NCBI GenBank assembly: GCA_963842945.1
Contig: CAWJIM010000020.1
Span: 32,001 to 96,000 of the forward strand
Direction: 5' to 3'
Source: an uncultured Gemmatimonadales bacterium
GTDB lineage: Bacteria; Gemmatimonadota; Gemmatimonadetes; Gemmatimonadales; GWC2-71-9
Length of the DNA: 64,000 nucleotides
The translations under genes were made by a program, and so were the position numbers. The notes beneath the pieces are model-generated. The model worked only from the letters and a program-made list of their open reading frames with translations, had not been told where the DNA came from and made no database searches. Below, in pieces: positions 49,264 through 59,462 of this stretch (within the stretch, counting starts at the first letter, position 1; every line of letters starts with the position of its first letter).

Positions 49264-50151
49264 ATGGGAGGACGCTTGCCGTACAGCATGACGGGTTTCG
49301 GCGCGGCGGAGGGCCCGGTGGCCGGACGACGGCTTCGGGTCGAGATCCGAACCGTGAACCATCGCTACTTCAATCTTTCGGCGAAGCTCCCCGGCGATCT
49401 CAGCGCCCTCGAGGTGGAGGTGCGCGATCGGTTGCGGCGCGACTTCGACCGGGGGCACGTCACCGTGCAGGCGCGCTGGACCGAGATCCTGGAGGCGGAT
49501 CCCGGATTCGGTCTCGACCTCGAGCGGGCACGACTGGTCGCCAGTCGGCTTCGGGAAATGCAGTCGGCTCTGGGCCTGGGCGGTGAAGTGACAGTCGAGC
49601 TGGTCGCGCGGCAACCCGACGTGCTGACCCACGCGAGTAATGGCTCGGTCGAGGTGCCGTGGAGCGAGGTCGAGCCTGTGGTTGCGCAAGCCGGCCAGGA
49701 ATGCCGAGCCATGCGGGCTCGTGAAGGCGCCGCGCTAACCGCCGAGCTCCGTCATCGATTGGACTTGCTGGAGCAAGCGGCACAGCGGATCGCCGACCGC
49801 GCGCCCGAACGGCTGGTGCGCGAGCGAGACCGGCTCCGCGGTGCGGTGGCTCAACTGCTCGACGGCAGATCGGTGGATGAGGAGCGGTTGGCCCAGGAGC
49901 TCGCCTTCCTGGCGGACAAGCTGGACATCACCGAAGAGCTGGTACGGTTCAAGGCCCATGTGGCAGCCGTGCGGGACGCGCTGGCCAGCGATGCGCCCAT
50001 CGGAAAGCGACTCGGGTTTCTGGCGCAGGAGCTGGGGCGCGAGGTGAACACGATGGGCTCCAAGGCGGGTGACGCGGAGATCGCCCAGCTGGTCGTGGCG
50101 ATGAAGGGCGAGCTGGAGAAATTCCGGGAACAGCTCGAGAATCTCGAGTGA
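49264..50151 (+). CDS. yicC: YicC/YloC family endoribonuclease
   Basis: SMTGFG, EIRTVNHRY, KLDITEELVR, GKRLGFL.QE..REVNT.GSK, REQLENLE. Confidence 0.93.
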   Translation: MGGRLPYSMTGFGAAEGPVAGRRLRVEIRTVNHRYFNLSAKLPGDLSALEVEVRDRLRRDFDRGHVTVQARWTEILEADPGFGLDLERARLVASRLREMQSALGLGGEVTVELVARQPDVLTHASNGSVEVPWSEVEPVVAQAGQECRAMRAREGAALTAELRHRLDLLEQAAQRIADRAPERLVRERDRLRGAVAQLLDGRSVDEERLAQELAFLADKLDITEELVRFKAHVAAVRDALASDAPIGKRLGFLAQELGREVNTMGSKAGDAEIAQLVVAMKGELEKFREQLENLE

Positions 50152-50840
50152 AGCCGTTTTTCCTGGTGCTTTCTGCGCCGTCAGGCGGCGGAAAAACCAC
50201 GATTGCCAAGATGCTGTTGCAGGGGCGGGAGGATCTCGGCTACTCGGTCTCGGCAACCACGCGGCCCAAGCGCCCCGATGAACGGGACGGCCTGGACTAC
50301 CACTTCCTCTCCCGCGACGAGTTCATCCGCCGGCGCGATCAGGGAGAATTCCTGGAGTGGGCCACGTACGGTGGCGAGCTCTATGGAACGCTCAAGAGCG
50401 AAATCGAGCGGATTTTTGTCAGCGGCCGAAACGCGGTGCTCGATGTGGAGATCGAGGGCGCCCGGCAGATCCGCAAGAACTTTCCGAATTCGCTGCTGCT
50501 CTTCGTTCTGCCGCCTTCGGCCGATGCACTGGTAGAACGGCTGACCGGCCGGAAGACAGAGGATCCCGAGCTGATGCGGGCGCGGATTTACCGGGCGGCG
50601 GACGAGCTCGTGGCGATCGCGGAATACGATTACGCCATCTACAACGAAGATCTGGTCGTCGCGGTTGCCCAGGTCGCCGCTATTCTGGAAGCGGAGTCCT
50701 GGCGAGTGGCCAGGCAGGACACCTTGCCGGATTTCATCGAGAAGCTGCGGCGGGACGTGGTCAAGGCGGCGGAGAAAATTGGAAGGGGTCAGCGAGTCAC
50801 GAGTCACGAGTCACGGACTAGCGCGCGACTCCGCTCCTAG
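50148..50840 (+). CDS. gmk: Guanylate kinase
   Basis: SAPSGGGKTT, SVSATTR..RP.E.DG.DYHF, FLEWA. Confidence 0.95.
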   Translation: MKPFFLVLSAPSGGGKTTIAKMLLQGREDLGYSVSATTRPKRPDERDGLDYHFLSRDEFIRRRDQGEFLEWATYGGELYGTLKSEIERIFVSGRNAVLDVEIEGARQIRKNFPNSLLLFVLPPSADALVERLTGRKTEDPELMRARIYRAADELVAIAEYDYAIYNEDLVVAVAQVAAILEAESWRVARQDTLPDFIEKLRRDVVKAAEKIGRGQRVTSHESRTSARLRS

Positions 50841-50883
50841 GCAGTAATTCTGACTCGCGACTCACGACTCGTCGACTCGCGAC
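50792..50883. repeat. Inverted heptamer arms (GAGTCAC)3 ... (GACTCRC)4 spanning the gmk stop
   Basis: GAGTCAC x3 at 50794-50814; TGACTCGC GACTCAC GACTCGTC GACTCGC GAC at 50851-50883. Confidence 0.85.
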
Positions 50884-50901
50884 ATTAACATGGAGCAAGA
50901 C

Positions 50902-51114
50902 ATGCGCATAATCACCCCCAGCGAAGTCGCCAAGCAGGCGGGCAACAAGTACCTCGGCGTTCTGGTCGCCGCCAAGTTCGCCCGCTATCTCAACGAGTTC
51001 CCCAAGGACCACCAGGCCCGGTCAAGCGAGAAGCTGACCACCAAGGCCATGCAGGAGCTCGTCGACGGCGAGCTGAACTACAAGCTCCTTCGCCGCCGCC
51101 GCTCAGAGGCGTGA
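50902..51114 (+). CDS. rpoZ: RNA polymerase omega subunit
   Basis: NKYLGVLVAAK.AR, KLTTKAM.EL; lies between gmk and coaBC. Confidence 0.88.
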   Translation: MRIITPSEVAKQAGNKYLGVLVAAKFARYLNEFPKDHQARSSEKLTTKAMQELVDGELNYKLLRRRRSEA

Positions 51115-52310
51115 CCGTGTGGGCCGGCCGACGCGTCGTCCTCGGCGTGTCCGGCGGTATCGCCAGCTATAAGAGCTGCATTCTCGCCCGGCGTCTCACC
51201 GAGGCCGGCGCCGAGGTCGAAGTGGTGCTGACCAAAGGGGCTGGGGAGTTTGTCGGTCCAGTCAGTTTCGAGGCGCTTACCGGGCGCCCGGTCCTGAGCT
51301 CACTCTGGGAGCGGGGCAGGGCGCTCGCGCATATCCAGCTCAGCCAGGCCGCCGACCTCATCATTGTCGCGCCGGCCACCGCACACCTGATCGCCCGCGC
51401 CGCTCAGGGGCTGGCCGACGATATCCTGACCACGCTGCTCCTGGCGCGCACGGCGCCTCTGCTTCTGGCTCCGGCGATGAACGACGAGATGTACGCCCGC
51501 CCCGAGACGCAGGCCAACCTAGAGAGGCTGCGGGCGCGGGGAGTGACGCTGGTGGGACCTGAGATCGGCGCCCTGGCTGAGGGCCCTTCGGAGCGTCCCG
51601 GCCGGATGAGTGAGCCCGAGACCATCATGGCTCATGCCGCCCGTCTCCTGAATGGCGGCCACCTCTCGGGCCGCAAGGTCATTGTAACCGCCGGCCCGAC
51701 CCGCGAGTCGATCGATCCGGTTCGCGTGGTGACTAATCGGTCGAGCGGCAAGATGGGCTTCCGGGTGGCTGAGGCGGCGTGGGAGCGAGGGGCCGACGTG
51801 GTCCTGATCAGCGGCCCCGTCGCGCTACAGGATCCGGTCGGGGTGGTCGTGCGCCGGGTGGAGACGACGCTCGAGATGGAGCAGGCGGTCCGGGCGGAGC
51901 TTCCCCAGGCCGACGTGCTGATCATGGCCGCGGCGCCCGCCGACTTTCGTCCCACCAGTCCCAGCGACGGCAAGCGCCCGCGGGTAGATGGCGCCCTGGC
52001 TATTCCCATGGAGCCCACCGGTGACGTGCTCGACTCCACCCGGGGCCTGCGGAAGCCCGGCAGCCTCATCGTCGGCTTTGCTCTGGAGACGGGCGACGCG
52101 TTGGCCAAGGGCCTGGCCAAGCTGGAGCGGAAGGGACTGGATCTGGTCGTGGTCAACGATGCGCTCGAGCCCGGAGCCGGGTTCGAGAAGGACACCAATC
52201 GCGTCGCCCTTCTCGGCCGGGACGGTACCCGGCAGATTCTGCCGCTCCAGTCCAAGCGTGAAGTTGCCGAGTCGATCCTCGATCGGGTGGAGCAGACCAT
52301 TGGCCGGTGA
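51111..52310 (+). CDS. coaBC: Phosphopantothenoylcysteine decarboxylase/ligase
   Basis: GVSGGIASYK, APATA, APAMN, TAGPTRESIDPVR, NRSSGKMG, GFALET. Confidence 0.95.
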   Translation: MTVWAGRRVVLGVSGGIASYKSCILARRLTEAGAEVEVVLTKGAGEFVGPVSFEALTGRPVLSSLWERGRALAHIQLSQAADLIIVAPATAHLIARAAQGLADDILTTLLLARTAPLLLAPAMNDEMYARPETQANLERLRARGVTLVGPEIGALAEGPSERPGRMSEPETIMAHAARLLNGGHLSGRKVIVTAGPTRESIDPVRVVTNRSSGKMGFRVAEAAWERGADVVLISGPVALQDPVGVVVRRVETTLEMEQAVRAELPQADVLIMAAAPADFRPTSPSDGKRPRVDGALAIPMEPTGDVLDSTRGLRKPGSLIVGFALETGDALAKGLAKLERKGLDLVVVNDALEPGAGFEKDTNRVALLGRDGTRQILPLQSKREVAESILDRVEQTIGR

Positions 52311-53135
52311 ATGGGAGCGGTATCTGCGGCAGCAGATTGAGCTGGGGGGTGCGGAGGTCGTGGTGTCCACGGCGGGGCGGCGGGGCAGCGGGGCAGCGGG
52401 GCAGGAAGCACAGCAGTGCAGCAGGGCACAGGGCGGTAACGCGGACGAGAGCATCTGGGGCCGCACCGCCGCCTCGCGGTCCCGCTGCCCCGCTGCCCCG
52501 CTGGAAGCAGGGCTGCCCACCCATTCCCGGTCCCGGGCTCGCCGTCGAGTCGCCGAGTCATGTGCTCGACGATGAGCTGGTTGCGCTGGAGACGCTGGAG
52601 GAAGTCGCCGAGCGGATCCGCACGACGCATTGTTGTGCGCTTGTGTCCCAACCGGACCAACGCGGTTCCCGGTGAGGGAAATCCCCGGGCAAAACTCTTT
52701 CTGGTGGGTGAGGGCCCGGGCGCTACCGAGGACGCGCAGGGCCGCCCCTTCGTGGGCCAGGCGGGAAATCTGCTCAACGGCATTCTGGAGGCCATTGAAG
52801 TCCCCCGCGACTCCGTCTACATCACCAACATTGTCAAGTGCCGACCGCCCCAGAACCGAAAGCCCTTGCCCGATGAGATCGCGGCCTGTATTCCATATCT
52901 ACATCGCCAGATCGAGATCGTTCAGCCGAAGGTAATCGTGACCCTCGGGAGCACTGCGGGCGAGGCGATGCTGGGGGTGAGAAAGAGTCTGGGGGAACTG
53001 CGCGGCAAGGTGCACACGTACAACGGTATTCCGCTGGTCGTGACGTATCATCCCGCGGCACTGCTCCGCAACCCGAACTGGAAGAAGCCTACCTGGGATG
53101 ACGTCCGTATCGCACGACAACTACTCGACCGCTGA
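52300..53135 (+). CDS. Uracil-DNA glycosylase family 4 (frameshifted)
   Basis: VGEGPGATED.QGRPFVG.AG, NIVKCRPP.NR, TYHPAALLR; N-terminus LAGEWERYLRQQIELG. Confidence 0.88.
52371..52503. repeat. Inverted 8-mer arms (GCGGGGCA)n ... (TGCCCCGC)n inside udg
   Basis: GCGGGGCG GCGGGGCA x3 at 52372-52403; CCCGC TGCCCCGC TGCCCCGC TG at 52481-52503. Confidence 0.85.
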
Positions 53136-54483
53136 GACCTACTCGGCCCGATCGGCCCCCTGGAGTCAGGAAGCCGAACAAGCCGTGCTGGGTGCAATGT
53201 TGCTGGACCAGGACGCGGCGCTGCGCGCCGCCGAGCTGGTCGACGATTCGATGTTCTATCGCGAGGCGCACCGCCGGCTGTTCCGCGCGATGCTGGCGCT
53301 TACCGAGCAGCGGGTCGTCATCGATCACATCACGCTCCGGGACGAGCTGCTCCGCCGCGGTGAGCTGGACGCCGCGGGCGGCCTGGAATATCTGGCCGAG
53401 CTGGTCGATGCAGTGCCCACTGCGGCCAACATCGAGTTCCACTCCAAGATCGTCAAAGACAAGGCGATCCTCCGGCGGTTGATCGAGACCTCCACCTCGA
53501 TTATCACCGAGGCCTACGACGGCCATTCTACCGCCAACGATCTGCTCGACAGTGCCGAAGCCAAGATCTTCCAGATCTCGCAGCAACGGGGCGACGAAGG
53601 GTTCACCCGCATCAAAGAGATGCTGTGGCCCACGATGGAGCGCATCGAAACGCTCCAGCGCAGCGGCAAATCGATTACCGGAGTTCCCAGCGGTTTCACA
53701 GATTTGGACGAGATGACCTCGGGCTTTCAGGCCAGCGAGCTCATCATCGTGGCCGCCCGGCCTTCCATGGGCAAAACGGCATTCTGCCTCAACGTGGCTA
53801 CCCAGGCGGCAGTGGATGGGTTCGGTGTGGCTGTGTTCTCGCTCGAAATGTCCAAGGAAGCCCTGGTCCAGCGGATGCTCTGCGCCGAAGCCCGGGTGGA
53901 CAGTCAAGCGGTCAGGCGGGGAACGCTGCGAGATCCGGACTTCACCCGACTCGCCCGGGCCGCCGGCATCCTGCAGAGCTGTCCGGTCTGGATCGACGAT
54001 TCACCGGCGCTCACGCTGTTGGAAATGCGCTCCAAGGCTCGCCGGCTCAAGGTGGAAAACGACGTTCGGCTCATCGTGGTGGACTACCTCCAGTTGATGC
54101 GGAGTCCCGAGTACGCCGAAAACCGAGTGCAGGAAGTGTCCGATATTTCGCGCTCACTCAAGGGCCTGGCGCGGGAGCTGAAGATCCCGGTGATTGCGCT
54201 CTCGCAGCTCTCCCGTGCGTCGGAGCAGCGCGGGGGCGAGCGGCGGCCCATCCTGTCCGACTTGCGGGATTCGGGCGCCATCGAGCAGGACGCCGATGTG
54301 GTGCTCTTCATCCATCGCCCGGAGATGTATCAGAAAGAGGATAGCGAGGGCAACAGCCTCGAGGGCATGGCCGAGGTGATCGTGGGCAAGCACCGCAACG
54401 GACCCACCGGTCTGGTGAATCTGTACTTCCACAAGCAGTTCACCCGGTTCGACAATCGAACCGAGAGAGAGGCGCCGGAGTGA
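53098..54483 (+). CDS. dnaB: Replicative DNA helicase
   Basis: [56 protein letters not shown]. Confidence 0.97.
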   Translation: MTSVSHDNYSTAETYSARSAPWSQEAEQAVLGAMLLDQDAALRAAELVDDSMFYREAHRRLFRAMLALTEQRVVIDHITLRDELLRRGELDAAGGLEYLAELVDAVPTAANIEFHSKIVKDKAILRRLIETSTSIITEAYDGHSTANDLLDSAEAKIFQISQQRGDEGFTRIKEMLWPTMERIETLQRSGKSITGVPSGFTDLDEMTSGFQASELIIVAARPSMGKTAFCLNVATQAAVDGFGVAVFSLEMSKEALVQRMLCAEARVDSQAVRRGTLRDPDFTRLARAAGILQSCPVWIDDSPALTLLEMRSKARRLKVENDVRLIVVDYLQLMRSPEYAENRVQEVSDISRSLKGLARELKIPVIALSQLSRASEQRGGERRPILSDLRDSGAIEQDADVVLFIHRPEMYQKEDSEGNSLEGMAEVIVGKHRNGPTGLVNLYFHKQFTRFDNRTEREAPE

Positions 54484-54537
54484 GGCGGGGCAGCGCGGCA
54501 GCGGGGCAGCGGGACGGTTACGCGTGCCGTACCGCCG
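54484..54537. repeat. GCGGGGCA array with a short closing hairpin between dnaB and radA
   Basis: GCGGGGCA GCGCGGCA GCGGGGCA GCGGGACGG-ttacgcgtg-CCGTACCGC. Confidence 0.75.
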
Positions 54538-54545
54538 GGCCAGCT

Positions 54546-55936
54546 ATGCCTAAACCCAGATCCGTCTACCGCTGCACCGAGTGCGGGCACGAGCACCCCA
54601 AATGGGTGGGGCGGTGCGAGGCGTGCGCGGCGTGGAACTCGGTCGCGGAGGAGCCGGTCGGTACAGGCGGTCGGGCGGAAAGGCGGTAAGCAGACTCGGC
54701 AGAGGGTTCCGTCGTACCGCCTTACCGACCGTACCGCCCACCCGACTGCGTGACGTCGCCGGCGCAGCCAGCTGCGAGCGCTGGCGGACGGGACTGAACG
54801 AATTCGATTTCGTGCTCGGCGGCGGGATCGTCCCCGGATCGATGACGCTCATCGGCGGTGAGCCAGGCATCGGCAAGTCCACCCTCCTGCTTCAAGCCGC
54901 CGCGCGGCTGGAGAACGCGGGCCATACGGTGTCTTGTACACCAGCGGCGAGGAGTCGCCGGACCAGATCCGGCTTCGGGCCGACCGGCTGATCAACGAAG
55001 ATGCCGGGCCGGTGCATGTGCTGGGCGAAACCCGGCTCGAATCAATCATCCAGGCGGTCGGCAGCCGTAGGCGCCGATGTGGTGGTGATCGATTCGATCC
55101 AGACGGTGTACACCGATCAGCTGGAGAGCGCGCCCGGCAACGTGGGGCAGGTGCGCGAGTGCTCCGGCCAGCTCATGCGGTTCGCCAAGGAAAGCGGAAC
55201 CTCGGTCATCGTGGTCGGGCACGTCACCAAGGGTGGCGGCATCGCCGGACCCAAGACGCTGGAGCACATCGTCGACACCGTCCTGTATTTCGAGGGCGAA
55301 GCCACGCTGGATTACCGGCTGCTGCGAACCACCAAGAACCGGTTTGGCTCGGTCGATGAGCTCGGAGTGTTCTCCATGACCGAGAGCGGTCTGGTGGCGG
55401 TGCCCAACCCCTCGGCGGTGTTCCTTGCGGCGCGGGCCGGAGGCATCAGCGGCAGCGCCGTCACCGCGCTCATGGAGGGGACCCGGCCGGTGCTGGTGGA
55501 GGTCCAGGCCCTCGCGGCCAAGTCCGGCTACGGCACACCGCAGCGGGTGGCTACCGGGCTGGATCCCCGGCGGCTGGCGGTACTTCTCGCGGTACTGGAG
55601 CGCCGGGCAGACACCTCGTTTGCCAATCTGGACGTCTTCGTTCAGGTCACCGCGGGTGTGCGGCTCAACGAGCCGGGCGCCGATCTCGCCGTTGCCGCCG
55701 CACTGCTCTCCAGCTTGTACAACCGGCCGGCGCCGGCCGACGTGGTCTTTCTGGGCGAGATCGGGCTCGGCGGCGAGATCCGGCCCAGCGGAGCGGTCGA
55801 GCGCCGGATCGCCGAAGCGGTCCGGCTCGGCTTTCCGCGGGTGTTCGGCTCCTCCCGCAGCACCGTGCAGGTGCCCGGCGCATCGCTGGTGGGACTGGAT
55901 CACGTGGATCAGCTGGTGCAGGCTCTTGCCGCGTGA
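54546..55936 (+). CDS. radA: DNA repair protein RadA/Sms (frameshifted)
   Basis: CTECG...WVGRCEAC Zn finger, [33 protein letters not shown]. Confidence 0.93.
54665..54745. repeat. Inverted 8-mer arms (AGGCGGTA)n ... (TACCGCCT)n inside radA
   Basis: AGGCGGTC GGGCGGAA AGGCGGTA AG ... TTCCGTCG TACCGCCT TACCGACCG TACCGCCC. Confidence 0.8.
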
Positions 55937-56636
55937 CGTCGCTGCAATTGTAGTCGCCGGAGGGCAGGGCGTTCGGCTCGGCGGGGGCATCCCCAAGCAG
56001 TATCGCCCGGTCGGAGGAATTCCCATCGTGCTTCGGGCGCTTCGTCCCTTCACCTCTCATCCCGAGGTCGCACAGGTCGTGCTGGTGCTGCCCCCGTCAG
56101 ACGCGGCCCAGCCCCCCGATTTCCTCTCCGAGCTTCGGTCTGCTCGCGGCGCCTGGCTTTCTCTGTCACTGCCGGCGGGGTCCCACCGGGGAGATTCGGT
56201 GCGCAACGGGCTGGCCCAGCTGGGAGACTCCTGCGCCGTGGTGCTGGTGCACGATGGCGCCCGCCCCTTCGTCGACCGCGACGTGATCGACGGCGGTCAT
56301 CATGTATGCCCGGCAAGGACAGGGTGCGGTCGCCGCGGTGCCGCTCAGCGACACCCTGAAGGAAGCGTCGCGCCGTGAGCCCAGCCGGGTGTCTGCGAAC
56401 CCGGCCCCGGGCGCGTCTCTGGCGGGCGCAGACTCCGCAGGGATTCCCCCGCGCCATCCTGGAGCAGGCCTACCAGCGGGCGGCACGGCTGGGCCGCCGG
56501 GCCAGCGACGACGCCGCGCTGGTAGAAGCCATGGGTGTTCCGGTCCGACTGGTGCCCGACTCGACGCAGGAACCTCAAGATCACCACGGCAGAGGATCTC
56601 GAGCTCGCCGAGCTGCTCGCCGGGGCCCCAAGGTGA
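55926..56636 (+). CDS. ispD: 2-C-methyl-D-erythritol 4-phosphate cytidylyltransferase (frameshifted)
   Basis: [50 protein letters not shown]. Confidence 0.9.
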
Positions 56637-57286
56637 TTCTGCCGTTTCGCACCGACGACGAGGTCGCCGCCGCTATTCCCCAGATCGGGCCGGCATCTCA
56701 GCGCCGGGAAATTGCTGGCCTATCCCACTGAAACCGTGTACGGCCTCGGTTCGGCTCCCACCGTTCCCGCGCTGGCCGCACTGGCCCGGCTCAAGGGCAG
56801 GCCGGAGGGTAAGCCGTTCCTGCTCCTGATCTCCGGCCGGCGCATGGCCGAAGAGTGGGGACTGGTGTTCACGGCGTCGGCCACGGCGCTGTCGGATGCG
56901 TTCTGGCCGGGTCCGCTCACCCTGGTGCTTCGCGGAGGCGAGGGGCGGTTGCCGGACGAGCTCCGGGGCAGGGAAGGCGGGATCGCGGTGCGGTACACGT
57001 CCCACCCCGGCATCGCCCGCCTGGTGGCGGCCACTCGGCGAGCCGCTGACCTCCACCTCCGCCAACCGGCCGGGCGGCCCTCCGGCGCCAGGGGCAGACC
57101 GGCTGGTCGAAGTGTTCGGGCCGGAGGAGCGCAACGGCGAGCTGCTGGTGCTCGATGGAGGCGTGCTCGGCAACGTGCCGCCATCGACCCTGGTCGATTG
57201 CACCGACGCCGTGCCTCGTCTGGTGCGCGAAGGCGCGATTCCGCAGGAGCGAACTGCGCCGGGCCGCGGGCAGGCTGGCACCGTGA
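56633..57286 (+). CDS. tsaC: L-threonylcarbamoyladenylate synthase (TsaC/YrdC family, frameshifted)
   Basis: [44 protein letters not shown]. Confidence 0.9.
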
Positions 57287-57394
57287 CAGCGGGGCAGAGG
57301 GAAAGCAGGGGAAGCGGGGCGGCAACAGCACATCGGAGTCGCTACGCCGGTGTGCGGCGCTGCATCGCTGCCGCGCTGCCCCGCTTCCCCGCTG
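57286..57394. repeat. Inverted 8-mer arms (GCGGGGMA)n ... (TKCCCCGC)n between tsaC and the phosphatase gene
   Basis: CAGCGGGGCA..AGGGGAAGCGGGGCGGC ... GCTGCCGCGCTGCCCCGCTTCCCCGCTG. Confidence 0.8.
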
Positions 57395-57408
57395 TTATCT
57401 TCTGAGCA

Positions 57409-57867
57409 ATGCACGTCCTCTTCGTCTGCACCGGAAACACCTGCCGCAGTCCCATGGCCGAAGCACTGCTGCGCGAGGCGCTCGCCAGCCGCGGCGCGGA
57501 GCAGGTTACCGTTTCGTCCGCCGGCACCGGCGCATGGGATGGGGCGCCGATCTCCGAAGGCGCTTATCTGGTCGGACTGGAGCACGGCCTGGATCTCAGC
57601 GGCCATCGCGCGCAGCTGCTCACCCGCGAGGCGGTCAAGGCGGCCGACCTGATTCTCACCATGTCCGGTCACCATCGCGCCCGGGTGGCAGAGCTCGGCG
57701 GAGAGGAGAAGGTCCACGTGCTGGGCGATTACGCCGGACGGGAAGCGGGCCGCACCGAGGTGAGCGACCCGTTCGGCTCCGATCTCGCCAGCTACCGGCA
57801 GACCTATGATGAGCTTCAGGAGCTGATCGGCGGGGTGGTCAGCCGGGTGGCCGGCACCGTGCGGTGA
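57409..57867 (+). CDS. Low-molecular-weight protein Arg/Tyr phosphatase
   Basis: VCTGNTCRSPMAE P-loop, SAGT, DLILTM, DPFG. Confidence 0.93.
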   Translation: MHVLFVCTGNTCRSPMAEALLREALASRGAEQVTVSSAGTGAWDGAPISEGAYLVGLEHGLDLSGHRAQLLTREAVKAADLILTMSGHHRARVAELGGEEKVHVLGDYAGREAGRTEVSDPFGSDLASYRQTYDELQELIGGVVSRVAGTVR

Positions 57868-58674
57868 TCAGCGGCAACTCCCGGGTCCTCGTCATTCTGG
57901 GAGACCCGGTCTCACACTCCCTCTCTCCTATCATGCACAACGCCGCCTTCCGCGCTCTCGGAATGCCCGCGGTGTACGTGCCTCTTCGATGCCGGGCCGA
58001 AGATCTTGCTGCGCTCATCCGCGGCATTGCGCCATGCGGGCGGCGGTGGGAACGTGACGGTTCCTCACAAGGAGATCGCCGCCCGGTCGGTCGACACGTC
58101 CCGTGAGCTGGTGCAGACCGTAGAAGCCTGCAACACCTTCTGGAACGAGGACGGCAGGACGGTGGGAGACAACACCGACGTGCCGGGTCTACTGGAGGCG
58201 CTTGCACCAGCTCGAGGTGAGGCAGGAGCCGTGGTTCATCCAGGGCACCGGCGGCGGGGCGCGAGCGGCGGTGGTCGCGGCGCGGCGCAGCATGGGGTGC
58301 CGGTTGCAGTCGGCTCGCGGAGATCCGCGCCGGCAGAGCGAGTTCGAGCGATGGATCGGTTCGCGCGGTGTTGCGCTGGCCGAGCCCTCCGAGCTGCCGG
58401 GTGCTGATCAACTCCACTCCCCTGGGTCTCAAGCCCGACAGATCCTCTTCCGATCGACCTCGGCCGGTTTCCCCGAGCGGAGGTGGCCTTCGACATGGTA
58501 TATGCGCCGGGCGAGACCAGCTGGATCCGCAGCGTGCGGCCGCGGGTGCGTCGCTCTGCGGATGGCCGCGCCATGCTGGTGGCTCAGGGGGCGGCCGCTT
58601 TCGAGCGCTGGTTTCCCGGCAAGCGCGCTCCGGTCGAGGTCATGCGAGCAGCGGTAAATGGCGCACTCCGTTAG
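57864..58674 (+). CDS. aroE: Shikimate dehydrogenase (frameshifted)
   Basis: GDPVSHSLSP.MHN, GNVTVPHK, ACNT, NTD..G, GTGGGARA, INSTPLG, DMVY, DG..MLV.QG. Confidence 0.9.
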
Positions 58675-59385
58675 GGAGACGCTCGCCCGGGTAGAGCGCT
58701 GGCTGCTGCCGCCGGCGTGCCTGCTCTGCCACGAGCCGGTGCCGGAGCGGGAGCAATGACAGCCTCATCTGCGGCGTGTGCCGCTCGCGCTGGCGCCCCG
58801 TGCCCCATCCGCTATGCGGCCGCTGCGGGCAACCCAGCTTGCGGGACCTCGATTGCCGGCTCTGTCAGCAGTGGCCGGCCGGGCTCTCCCGGGTCCGCAG
58901 CGCGGTTTGGCTGGAGGGCTCCGCGCGAGCTGCGGTGCACCAGCTCAAGTACGAAGGCTGGAGCCGGGCTGCCGAGGCGCTGGCGTTGTCCATGCGAGCA
59001 CCTCGAGCCATTGACTGAGGGGGTATCCTTGTTACCGATACCACTGGGGAAGCGGCGTCTCAGGGCCCGGGGGTACAATCAGAGTGAGCGCATTGCCGCA
59101 GCGCTCGGCGCGCTCATCGGGGCCCCGGTCCGGTGCGAACGCGCTATGGCGGGTGAGAGAGACGCCGACCCAGACCGCGCTCACTCCCGAGGCGCGCCAC
59201 GCCAACGTGGCAGGGGCCTTTCAGGCTGCGGATGGTGACCGGACTCAACGTGGTGCTGGTGGACGATGTGTTCACCACCGGGGCCACGCTCGCCTCGGCT
59301 GGAGCGGCGCTGGCCGCAGCCGGCGCCGCGCGGATCGAAGCGGTGACGTTTGCCCGCGCGCAATCAGGAGCTCGCTCACGACTGA
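58658..59385 (+). CDS. comF: ComF family protein (zinc ribbon + PRT; frameshifted, end approximate)
   Basis: CxxC pairs, VHQLKY, PIPL...R...[19 protein letters not shown]. Confidence 0.85.
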
Positions 59386-59416
59386 GCCGATCCCTGGCGG
59401 CGCTCAGGATGACGAG

Positions 59417-59448
59417 GCGCGCGACTCGCGACTCGGGACTCGCGACTA
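59417..59448 (+). repeat. Heptamer array (GACTCGC)n upstream of gap
   Basis: GCGC GACTCGC GACTCGG GACTCGC GACT. Confidence 0.8.
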
Positions 59449-59462
59449 CTAAGAGGAGAGCA

